This document shows, in pieces, positions 28,432 to 36,833 of a DNA stretch of 64,000 nt (position 1 is its first letter; every line of letters starts with the position of its first letter). Below the pieces are notes generated by a model, which worked only from the letters and a program-made list of their open reading frames with translations, was not told where the DNA came from and made no database searches. The DNA lies in IMG/VR virus record IMGVR_UViG_3300047510_001118, positions 186,001 to 250,000 of that record, one strand, 5' to 3'. Position numbers and translations under genes: made by a program.

Positions 28432-28891
28432 CCTATATAGATGAACTACGTTCATCTGTTCTTCGCTTTCGCTCGAACTATTTCTTCTTTTCTTAACTAT
28501 TGAACTATTATTAAGTGCGAAGCACTTTAGTATTATCCAGATTGTTCAGGTCACACTTAGCCCTAGCGGGCTAAGAAAATGAACATTATCCGAGTTGCAC
28601 AATGTCACACAGCGTTATGGCATTACAGAGGCGGTCGTCCGGTACCTCGAGCCACGTCTTATCACGACGGCAGGCATATAAATGTACGCTATCACACTTA
28701 TATCCGTTAGGGAATTACCCTTCATTTAGCCTTTTTAAATTCTTTTCAAACAGCAAAACCAGTTGTATATAGGCATATCTGATCTTCGTCCTGTCAAGGA
28801 TAGTTGCTGAGTACTCTTAACGGCAAGAGAGTTTCCGTCCCTGCGACTCGTAGTCCAGGTATTAGGGCGCACGACATTGGCCTGCGCGAGC
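28432..28891 (-). ncRNA. Candidate large structured ncRNA (about 400-460 nt)
   Basis: Longest non-coding gap in the window, more GC-rich than its flanks, with at least 12 helices readable by eye including nested multibranch domains; starts right after the GIY-YIG stop codon. Confidence 0.7.
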
Positions 28892-29338
28892 TTATTGACC
28901 GTTTAATTTTGCCTGAGCTTGTTCTTGTAGGCGTTGTCGAAGTATGTTTGAACCACCCACTCTAACGTTGATAATGCCGTTATAGTATTCGTCAGATTCT
29001 AAAACTCTGCGTTCAAACTGTTCTCTTGCCTCTAAATATGACAGTTCTGCCTTGCTTTTACAGTAGTAAAGTATTTCTCTTGTGAAGTTTTCTGGACCTA
29101 ATGATTGAACATCTGCGTTTAACCTATCAGATGAGCCCCAGTATTCGCGCCAATCGCTTTCTACTGTGCTACGTCTTTTAAGTTTTTTGCCTTTGAGTGG
29201 TGGTTTAGTACGTTTGAATTGAGCTAATTTCTTGCCTATGTACTTTTGTCCAGTTTTGAGGTTAGTAATGAGATACACAAAGCCAATATGACCTTCTGGT
29301 ATTTCTTCAACTAAAGCATTTTGATAGTGCCATGACAT
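28892..29338 (-). CDS. Stand-alone GIY-YIG family endonuclease, 148 aa (catalytic domain only)
   Basis: GFVYLITNLKTGQKYIGKK motif plus downstream conserved E (YLEAREQ) and N (YYNGII); no C-terminal DNA-binding repeats. Confidence 0.8.
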   Translation of the reverse strand: MSWHYQNALVEEIPEGHIGFVYLITNLKTGQKYIGKKLAQFKRTKPPLKGKKLKRRSTVESDWREYWGSSDRLNADVQSLGPENFTREILYYCKSKAELSYLEAREQFERRVLESDEYYNGIINVRVGGSNILRQRLQEQAQAKLNGQ

Positions 29339-29353
29339 GCTCGTATATACCGA

Positions 29354-29584
29354 TCAGTCACTGTCCTCATCCTTGGTTTTGGTTTTGCCTATAAGTTCTT
29401 TACGTTTTGACAGTATTTCTATGCGCCTTTTAGTAGCCATCTCTCGCACTGTTCTCAGTGCTTCTCTGGCTTCTACACTTGATCCAATGTAACCATATCG
29501 TTCAAAGCGATCATTCCATCTACAGTAGGCAATAATCGCTTTGATCAACTCTTCATGTGTGTCGTTATCGAACTCTTCACTCAT
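29354..29584 (-). CDS. Small helical protein, 76 aa, basic C-terminus (weak Hc1 histone-like pattern)
   Basis: ORF track; start overlaps the gp46 stop; S.EAR.AL..V..MA..RR.EI pattern. Confidence 0.65.
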   Translation of the reverse strand: MSEEFDNDTHEELIKAIIAYCRWNDRFERYGYIGSSVEAREALRTVREMATKRRIEILSKRKELIGKTKTKDEDSD

Positions 29585-31361
29585 AAATTTCTACATCATT
29601 GGCATAACTGGTGAACCCGTTTTCTTTTACTACCTTGAGCACGTTGTTCACGCGACCCACTAATTCATCCCTATGAGAAATTAGATAGATATTCTTATGT
29701 CGTTCACGGCCCATCTTTTTCAAGATACCTAGAGAGTTTTCAACTCCGTTGGCGTCCATGCCCGAATCAATAAGTTCATCTATGAATAAGAGATTGATGT
29801 TCTGGTATAACGACTCCCAAACATCACGGAACGCCCACGACAATCCTAAGATTAAGCGATTCCTTTCTCCTCGACTCAAGTTATCAAAGTCTAAATCTTG
29901 ACCGAGTTGGGTTATTTCTACCGTTAGGTCATTTTGGAATACAACGGTGTGAGGTAGACCCACCTTATCAAGGTAGTAAGTGAGACGATTGTTTAGATAA
30001 GCAAGATTTTGGTCAATGATCTTCTTACGAATAAACGAATCTTTGTTTGTTAAAAGTTTAAGAAGAAACTCTTGATGATCTTTTACAAGAGTTAAACTGT
30101 TTATAGAATCCCACGATACATCCTGTAACGCAGTATTTTCTAACTCTGTGATCTGTTCTTGATACATATCAGTTTCTTCTTGTTTGGATTTTAGTTGGTT
30201 AGCAAGACTTTCCAAATTACTTCTGTGATTGTATGCTTCATTAAGTGTGTCGTAGAACGTCTGTGGCCGACCGTTGATGTCTCCAATCTGTTCTAATTCT
30301 TTAATAATTAAAGTTAAATCGCCTGTGACCTTGGATTTGTATGTATCCGCATCTAGAAGATTTTTTTCTGCCGCTTTAATCATTTCGTCATGTTTGTGAT
30401 CATGTAGTTCTTGTTCACAAGCCGGACATGTTTTCTTGTCTAATTGTGTTATTTCTTTAGAATATTTCTGTACAGACTTATCAGCCTGCATAACTGCTGT
30501 TTCAAGAGTGGCTTTTTCTTTGTTAAGACTCTTAATTAATGCGGCTTGTTCGTTATAGACTTTGAGTTTTTCGTGTTGAGATATCTCGTTTTCAATGTCA
30601 ACTTTTGAAAGTTCATCAATGGCCTTTTCTATTTTTGCTATTTCTGCTTCACGATTCTTTTGCCAAGCACTTTGTTTTAATTTTAAACTGTTAATACTTT
30701 CTTGTATACGTTCATTTGACTTTTTAACCGCATCAATCCGTATAGTCTCTTGCGTAATTTCGTCTTTGGTAATACGTACTTGTTCTTTTAACAGTTCTGC
30801 TTTCTCACTGAGTAGGGTTATTCCTAACAACTGTTCAATAATTACTCGTTGATCACCCGACTTCATAGATAAAAACGGTTCAGTATAGGTGTTAAGAGCA
30901 ATGATATGCTTAAACATATCGTGACTCATACCAATAAGCTCGTCAATATCTTTCTGTGTTTCTCTGCTGTCGCCTTGCCCTTCGTCATCTACGTCAGCAT
31001 TTTCCTGTTCTTGATCATCAACATAGAACTTTAATACGTTAGGCTTACGTCCACGCTCAATTCTATACAATCGTCCATTCTTTTCAAACTCTACACAGAC
31101 TAACATATTTTTACCGTTAATCTTGTTTACAAGATTATCTTTTTTAATGTTAGTTAGAGCCTGTCCAAATAAAGCATAACTTAGTGCGTTTACAATAGTG
31201 GTCTTACCCGTGCCGTTTCGAGAGCCGGAATCGTCACCTCCTTGGTCCAAGTTCTCGCCTAATACGAGGGTAAGTTGTTCTTGATTAAAATTTATAGCCT
31301 GAGTAGCATTACCCACGCTCATAAAATTTTTAACAGTTAAATCTTTTATTTTTATTATCAT
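29577..31361 (-). CDS. gp46: Recombination endonuclease ATPase subunit (T4 gp46/SbcC/Rad50-like)
   Basis: KNFMSVGN start, Walker A GSRNGTGKTT, coiled coil with CPAC zinc hook, signature LSRGE, Walker B LLFIDE. Confidence 0.95.
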   Translation of the reverse strand: MIIKIKDLTVKNFMSVGNATQAINFNQEQLTLVLGENLDQGGDDSGSRNGTGKTTIVNALSYALFGQALTNIKKDNLVNKINGKNMLVCVEFEKNGRLYRIERGRKPNVLKFYVDDQEQENADVDDEGQGDSRETQKDIDELIGMSHDMFKHIIALNTYTEPFLSMKSGDQRVIIEQLLGITLLSEKAELLKEQVRITKDEITQETIRIDAVKKSNERIQESINSLKLKQSAWQKNREAEIAKIEKAIDELSKVDIENEISQHEKLKVYNEQAALIKSLNKEKATLETAVMQADKSVQKYSKEITQLDKKTCPACEQELHDHKHDEMIKAAEKNLLDADTYKSKVTGDLTLIIKELEQIGDINGRPQTFYDTLNEAYNHRSNLESLANQLKSKQEETDMYQEQITELENTALQDVSWDSINSLTLVKDHQEFLLKLLTNKDSFIRKKIIDQNLAYLNNRLTYYLDKVGLPHTVVFQNDLTVEITQLGQDLDFDNLSRGERNRLILGLSWAFRDVWESLYQNINLLFIDELIDSGMDANGVENSLGILKKMGRERHKNIYLISHRDELVGRVNNVLKVVKENGFTSYANDVEIYE

Positions 31362-32362
31362 AGATTATTATAAATTGCCAATAATACTTTGGGATCATAG
31401 TTATCGCTTTGTATACTTGCGATTTGATTGCTGACAATTTGGTCAATACTTTCAAATTGTTCTACATTTAGATCTGTGTTAATCTCTATTTCTTTTTTCT
31501 CTGGAATAAGTGTTAACTCTCTAAGATTATTTTGTTTTACAAATGTTTCTTTGATAAAACTTGCCTCTTCAAAACTAATTGGAAGGTCAATACCTACTCT
31601 AAGATATGTTTTAGGTAGAATAAGTTTTTCACTGTTGTCTAATAATTCACTGAGTTTAAGTGTTTTAAATTTAGGAGCATCGTTCCATATCTTATATACC
31701 GGAGATTTTCCATGCTCTAAGATCATCATACCACGGTCATCGTCCCAGGCATCAGCATAATTGTGCGGAAATGCGTTGCCAATATACACAATATTCTGTT
31801 TAGCCTGACGCTTATGGAAGTGTCCTGAAAACACATATTCGGGATTCTTAAAATGATCTGCCTGTAACTCGCCATGATCTGGCATCTGTACCATAGCATT
31901 CATCATAAACAAGGGAAGTTCAAAGTGACCAAACACATAGCGGCTCTTTAATTTTTCCATTTTACGCCATTCGTCACCAACTAACCACGGGACTAGAGTA
32001 ACGTCGTCGATAGTTAGTATGTCACTGACAATGGTGACTCCGGGAATATGGCGTCCCCAGTCTACAGAGTGTACATCGCGTTTATCTTTGTAATATAAAT
32101 CGTGATTACCGGGAAAGAAAAAGAATTGGTCAAAGGCTTTGCCTAATTTTTCTAGGCTTCGAATGCTACTAACCATAGTTAACATATTAAGGCTGTTGCG
32201 ATTATGATGCCAATCGCCTAGAAAAATTCCAGTATCACAGCCTTCTTTTTTAGCCTCAGCAATAAACCAATCTACGAAATCTTCGCAGTCTTGATTATGT
32301 GCTGCCGAATTTGATTTTAATCCAAAGTGTATGTCTGTAAAACACGCAACCTTTTTAAACAT
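31358..32362 (-). CDS. gp47: Recombination endonuclease nuclease subunit (T4 gp47/SbcD/Mre11-like); start likely ATG 32362
   Basis: Metallophosphoesterase motifs DIHFG, GDWHH, GNHD, GHFE, GHFH; AGGA RBS before the second Met. Confidence 0.95.
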   Translation of the reverse strand: MFKKVACFTDIHFGLKSNSAAHNQDCEDFVDWFIAEAKKEGCDTGIFLGDWHHNRNSLNMLTMVSSIRSLEKLGKAFDQFFFFPGNHDLYYKDKRDVHSVDWGRHIPGVTIVSDILTIDDVTLVPWLVGDEWRKMEKLKSRYVFGHFELPLFMMNAMVQMPDHGELQADHFKNPEYVFSGHFHKRQAKQNIVYIGNAFPHNYADAWDDDRGMMILEHGKSPVYKIWNDAPKFKTLKLSELLDNSEKLILPKTYLRVGIDLPISFEEASFIKETFVKQNNLRELTLIPEKKEIEINTDLNVEQFESIDQIVSNQIASIQSDNYDPKVLLAIYNNL

Positions 32363-32386
32363 TAACAATTCCTATAGTTTTGGTAT

Positions 32387-32415
32387 ATTTTAACAGAAAT
32401 ATTGTAAAAGAACAA
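32387..32415 (-). promoter_or_regulatory. Possible host sigma70-type promoter for gp47/gp46
   Basis: TTGTTC-N17-TAAAAT with an extended -10 TG. Confidence 0.45.
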
Positions 32416-32419
32416 CAGG

Positions 32420-33244
32420 TTATTCGCTCGAATCTGCTTCTCTCTTCATGGCAGCATCGTATTCTGCGTTGATCATTCGGGTATAACTAGGACTCATACC
32501 GTTCATTTCTAAAATATCATCACGTATATTCTGCATTTTCTTTTCAATATTGATGACTCGAACAAACGAATTAGTAACAGCCGCAGTAAAATAGGCAAAT
32601 GGATTGTCCGATTTCGATTCATCAAACTGTAGACCAATCTGCGTTAACTGTAGAATAGCCTGGCCTTTCATTTCTTCATTATAAGTATAACCACGAACGT
32701 TGCCACGGGTGGCATATCTTTCACAGAGCTTGATATACATACGAGCTAAGGTATCTGTGATCTGTCCGTGATCCTTGCTGAACTTGCCTTTGAGCATGCC
32801 GCCTCGCCAATGGCTTTTTCCTACACAAACTAGTTGATCGTTTTCGTCAAACATCCAGTGTTGAAATGGAGGAAAATTAACTTTTTCTCTGTGATCTGCC
32901 GCACTTTTTGGTGTACGTTTACGTCCGGGCTCTAGCGGAACATGGTCGTAGGTCATAATACGAAAAACTAAATCGCTTTTTTCTATTTTTTTATAATCTA
33001 CTTCAAACTCGGCTAGTTTAACTTTTATATTTTCTGCTTTGGCTTTTTCAAATGCTTCTTGTCCTAGACGTTTTGCTCTTGCTCGTTTAGCATCAGCGAC
33101 AGTTCTAATATTAATCTTGTCTACGCTGGGCAATATAATATCATATTGATGATATTCAGGCTTAACAAAACTACAGTAAGTGTTTTTACTTTTGTGTATT
33201 TCTGATAACAAATCTTTGTTATTTAGGTAGTTAACTTTTTTCAT
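32420..33244 (-). CDS. gp55: Late transcription sigma factor (T4 gp55-like) with a large insertion
   Basis: YLNNKDLL N-terminus; region-2-like R.N.RGYTY.EEM...A, FDESKS.NPFAYFT....NSF.R.I..EKK; precedes gp47/gp46 as in T4. Confidence 0.85.
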   Translation of the reverse strand: MKKVNYLNNKDLLSEIHKSKNTYCSFVKPEYHQYDIILPSVDKINIRTVADAKRARAKRLGQEAFEKAKAENIKVKLAEFEVDYKKIEKSDLVFRIMTYDHVPLEPGRKRTPKSAADHREKVNFPPFQHWMFDENDQLVCVGKSHWRGGMLKGKFSKDHGQITDTLARMYIKLCERYATRGNVRGYTYNEEMKGQAILQLTQIGLQFDESKSDNPFAYFTAAVTNSFVRVINIEKKMQNIRDDILEMNGMSPSYTRMINAEYDAAMKREADSSE

Positions 33245-33268
33245 TATTCTTATGACTCCTCACTATAA

Positions 33269-33297
33269 ATTATAAACTCAGCACTTAATAAAGTCAA
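33269..33297 (-). promoter_or_regulatory. Near-consensus sigma70 promoter for the gp55-gp47-gp46 operon
   Basis: TTGACT (33297-33292), 17 nt spacer, TATAAT (33274-33269), then GAGGAG RBS. Confidence 0.85.
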
Positions 33298-33303
33298 TAA
33301 ATA
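33275..33303 (+). promoter_or_regulatory. Late promoter with upstream box
   Basis: AACTCAGCA-N14-TAAATA upstream of 33326. Confidence 0.7.
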
Positions 33304-33325
33304 TGTTTAACAAGGATAACCAAAT

Positions 33326-34237
33326 ATGCCAGTCGACTTAAACAATTTTGTAAGTGGTGCTAGATCAATTGCTGGTACTGCCGCTAATACATTAGGAACA
33401 GTAGTAAACTCTGTAAACACCTTAAAGACTCAAGGATTTGGAGCATTTGGCGCAAACATTGCGCAGGCTATCAGAGGAAAAAACCTATTACCCGGAGGAA
33501 TGACAGGTAAATCTTCATCCCCGACTAGCGCAATTTTTTCTTCTAATTCTAGAGACTGGCGAGTACGATTAAACTTTCCTCCTAATTTTGCTTTTATCAC
33601 TAGTCCGTTGCTAAGACCATTAATAGAAACTCAGGGATTAGTGTTCCCATACACACCGCAGATACAGATTACACATTCTGCCAATTACAGTGATATGAGT
33701 CCGGTTCATAATAATTATCCCTTTCTATCTTATGAGAATAGCAAAGTTGATAACATAACTATTAATGCTCCTTTTTATGTTGAAGATTCTCTAGAAGCCG
33801 CATATTGGGTAGCGTGTATGCACTTTTTAAAAGCAGCCACAAAAATGCAGTTTGGTGAAGATTCAAATGCCGGCGCACCTCCTCCTATTTTTAAATTAAA
33901 CGGTTACGGAGATTATGTGTTTAAAGATGTACCAGTGGTAGTTAAATCATTTACAATGGATTTACCTAACGATTCAGATTATATTTCAACAGGCCTTGCC
34001 GCACAAGGCGGTGCTACAGGCAATACTGCGGCAAGAATTGCTTCACAGGTTACCGGAATAAACTTTACTGGCTCTGCAACAGCTCAGGGAGTGTCCTGGG
34101 CACCAGTAAAAAGTACAATTAATATTACAGTAGTGCCATTATACACTAGACAACAGGTTAGAAACTTCAGTCTTGAAAAATTCGTCAGCGGCGATTATGT
34201 TATTGGATCTACTGGAAACAAAACAGGATTTATCTAA
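33326..34237 (+). CDS. Baseplate/tail tube initiator-like protein (gp48/gp54-like)
   Basis: DWRVRL, G.VFPYTP.I...H.ANY, W.A..HFL...TKM.FG, GAPPP...LNGYG.Y.F..VPVVV.SF; first gene of the baseplate cluster. Confidence 0.6.
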   Translation: MPVDLNNFVSGARSIAGTAANTLGTVVNSVNTLKTQGFGAFGANIAQAIRGKNLLPGGMTGKSSSPTSAIFSSNSRDWRVRLNFPPNFAFITSPLLRPLIETQGLVFPYTPQIQITHSANYSDMSPVHNNYPFLSYENSKVDNITINAPFYVEDSLEAAYWVACMHFLKAATKMQFGEDSNAGAPPPIFKLNGYGDYVFKDVPVVVKSFTMDLPNDSDYISTGLAAQGGATGNTAARIASQVTGINFTGSATAQGVSWAPVKSTINITVVPLYTRQQVRNFSLEKFVSGDYVIGSTGNKTGFI

Positions 34238-34539
34238 TGGCGTCAGATTATAAAAATAAAAGTCCGTGGCATACTACTACAATTTTTCCAGGATATCTTG
34301 GAAATTTAAATGTACGATCTGTAAGTGCCGAACCCGACGACTGGGAATACACCATAGAACCACAATATAATTATAGGCCAGATCTGTTGGCATTTGACTT
34401 ATACGGAACTCCTAAACTATGGTGGGTTTTTGTACAACGAAATATGGATGTATTAAAAGATCCTGTATTTGATTTTAAAACCGGAACTAGCATCTACATA
34501 CCAAAGCAGACTAGTTTATTTTCTGTTCTAGGAATTTAA
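34237..34539 (+). CDS. gp53: Baseplate wedge protein gp53-like (LysM-related)
   Basis: Y.YRPDLLA.DLYG...LWWVF...N motif. Confidence 0.75.
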   Translation: MASDYKNKSPWHTTTIFPGYLGNLNVRSVSAEPDDWEYTIEPQYNYRPDLLAFDLYGTPKLWWVFVQRNMDVLKDPVFDFKTGTSIYIPKQTSLFSVLGI

Positions 34540-34540
34540 T

Positions 34541-36832
34541 ATGACTCAGGGTAATGATAGTATTGGTATCATACCAAACGTCTTAGAAGGTTTTGCTTCA
34601 TATAACACAATTTTTACAATCAGCGCATTAACTACGGAACAATTAAATTTTCCAGAATCTGCCAACAGTTACAAAAGCAATCAACTAGGCGAAATTATAC
34701 TACGTAGTGGATCAGGTCAGCCCTCTAATCGAATTAGAACAGCCTTAACTACCTACGACAACCCTTCGGGACAATACGAATTTTTTATCGACAATATAAA
34801 CATTGAAGCAATTATTTCTTTTGATAAAAGAACCAAAGGTTCAAACGCTACAGATATTACCTTTGAAATTGTTGAACCGTATTCAATGGGGTTATTTTTA
34901 CAAAGTTTACAATTAGCCGCTGCCGCTGTCAGCGATGCTGGCACTCTTGCTACCTATACAGAAACTCCTTTTTTATTAACAATACAATTTATAGGGTATG
35001 ATGAAACAGGAAATGTAGTTCTTGTAGATGATTCGTTAGACAGGCATATACCTTTTACTTTTACGAATATTGAAATGGAAGTAGCAGCCAGCGGTTCAAA
35101 ATATAAATGTACAGCAATTCCTCATAATGAAGAAGCTCTCAAAGATTCAGTAAACAAAGTCAAAGAAGACATTGCTATAAGTGGATTAACAGTACAAGAA
35201 TTATTACAGTCGGGAAAAAATAGTTTACAATATAGATTGAACACTTACAAAAAAGAAATTGCTAAACAAGGATCAGAAACAAATAAGGAAGAATATGTTC
35301 CTGATCAAATTGTTATAATTTTTCCTAAAGATAAATCAGCAGGTATTTCTGCTCCAGGGATAGGAGAAGATCTTGGACAAGCAACAGCAGTAAATCCTGG
35401 CAGTAGCGCAAGTAACTCCCAAGTCAAACAAAAATTGTCTCTAACCCAAGAAACAATACAAGCAGGATCTGGATCAGAACAGACTATTACAAATTTATTA
35501 GTACAAGACTCGGCTTCTTTAAACAGTATTGGATCAGCAAAAATGGGCTTCACAGCCAACACCGGCGGAGAGTCGCAGCCTGCTCCAGCAAATCAAATAC
35601 AGAATGCGGCAGACAAACCAGCCTCAAGAAAAAATAACGTCTATGATCCTAAAAATAAAGTTTTTAGATTTCCACAGGGCTCGTCGGTTATTAATATAAT
35701 AACAGAAGTTTTATTAATGAGTGAATACTGTAAAAAATCTGTAGAACAACCCTCAGACGAAGCAGGTCTTAAGTCTTGGTTTAGAATTGAAACACAAGTT
35801 TATAATTTAAAAGCCAATGCTGGTAATGCTAATAGAGCAAAAAGACCTAAGTTGTTTGTTTATAAAGTAGTTGAATATAAAGTACACGAACATAGATTTA
35901 AACCACCAGGAGCGATTCCGCAGGGATACGATGCTCTTAAAAAGAATTGTGTAAAAGAATACAATTATATCTATTCAGGTAAGAACGTTGATATATTAAA
36001 TTTTAATATTAGTTTAAAGACGTCAATGTTTACAACTGCCTATTCTGATATGAATGCGTTGTCGGGATCAGTGTATGGGCAGATTAACGGAGCAGCCACT
36101 GAAGCAAATTCTCAACCAACAAATGCTGATGCTAACAAGGCAGCAGCCGATTCGGGAATGCCGGTTATTCCTGTTGGTGAGCTAAACACTCGATATAAAA
36201 ATATTGGCGGTGGTCCCAACGACGACTACCGCAGTCTAGTATCTAAAAACTTTCAAGAAGCATTGTTAAACAGTCCAGCAGACATGATGAGTATAGAGAT
36301 GGAAATTATGGGAGATCCTTATTATCTTGCTGACAGCGGAGTTGGAAACTTTAGTGACATGCCTGCTAATTTTAATATTAATGAAGATGGCTCAATGAAC
36401 TATCAAAGCGGAGAAGTTGATGTTATTATTAATTTTAGAACTCCTCTTGACTACAACTCTTTTGGTTTAATGGACTTTGCTCAAGGAGTAGATGCTACTG
36501 GATTCAGTGGATTATATAATATCTACGAAGTAACAAATACATTTAATCGCGGTAAATTTACACAGTTATTAAAAGCCATTAGGCGGCCTGTACAGAAACC
36601 TACAAAAGAAGCCGAGGCCGCTGCCAAAAAGTATGGAATCTCCGCCCGATCAGACCAGGCAAGAATGTTAGCCGAACAAGACAAAGACTTTGAAGATGAA
36701 GGTAAACCGGCAACTGTAAATCCAAACAGACCACAAACAAACACAGCAATAGATTCAACACCACAGGGAACCAGGACCGGTCAGGTAGAATACGTCCCAG
36801 GTACAAATACAAGAGTCCCAGGAAGAACATAA
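34541..36832 (+). CDS. Baseplate hub protein (gp27/late control D-like), 763 aa
   Basis: Position between gp53-like and gp5-like genes; IMGDPYYL, INFRTP.D, FSG.Y....VTNTF..GKFTQ.L C-terminal pattern. Confidence 0.6.
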   Translation: MTQGNDSIGIIPNVLEGFASYNTIFTISALTTEQLNFPESANSYKSNQLGEIILRSGSGQPSNRIRTALTTYDNPSGQYEFFIDNINIEAIISFDKRTKGSNATDITFEIVEPYSMGLFLQSLQLAAAAVSDAGTLATYTETPFLLTIQFIGYDETGNVVLVDDSLDRHIPFTFTNIEMEVAASGSKYKCTAIPHNEEALKDSVNKVKEDIAISGLTVQELLQSGKNSLQYRLNTYKKEIAKQGSETNKEEYVPDQIVIIFPKDKSAGISAPGIGEDLGQATAVNPGSSASNSQVKQKLSLTQETIQAGSGSEQTITNLLVQDSASLNSIGSAKMGFTANTGGESQPAPANQIQNAADKPASRKNNVYDPKNKVFRFPQGSSVINIITEVLLMSEYCKKSVEQPSDEAGLKSWFRIETQVYNLKANAGNANRAKRPKLFVYKVVEYKVHEHRFKPPGAIPQGYDALKKNCVKEYNYIYSGKNVDILNFNISLKTSMFTTAYSDMNALSGSVYGQINGAATEANSQPTNADANKAAADSGMPVIPVGELNTRYKNIGGGPNDDYRSLVSKNFQEALLNSPADMMSIEMEIMGDPYYLADSGVGNFSDMPANFNINEDGSMNYQSGEVDVIINFRTPLDYNSFGLMDFAQGVDATGFSGLYNIYEVTNTFNRGKFTQLLKAIRRPVQKPTKEAEAAAKKYGISARSDQARMLAEQDKDFEDEGKPATVNPNRPQTNTAIDSTPQGTRTGQVEYVPGTNTRVPGRT

Positions 36833-36833
36833 T

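Noticed and set aside
28432-28891. tmRNA, RNase P RNA, tRNA or hammerhead identity for the structured region
   Set aside because: There is no acceptor stem, T-arm or CCA end, no GAGGAAAGUCC/P4 signature, and no CUGANGA...GAAA core.
28432-29338. Group I intron with a GIY-YIG homing endonuclease
   Set aside because: No interrupted host gene is visible (both flanking genes are complete and convergent), and no convincing P/Q/R/S core elements were found.
23188-32368. Inteins in portal, gp46 or gp47
   Set aside because: Lengths are ordinary and no Hint-domain splice motifs were seen.
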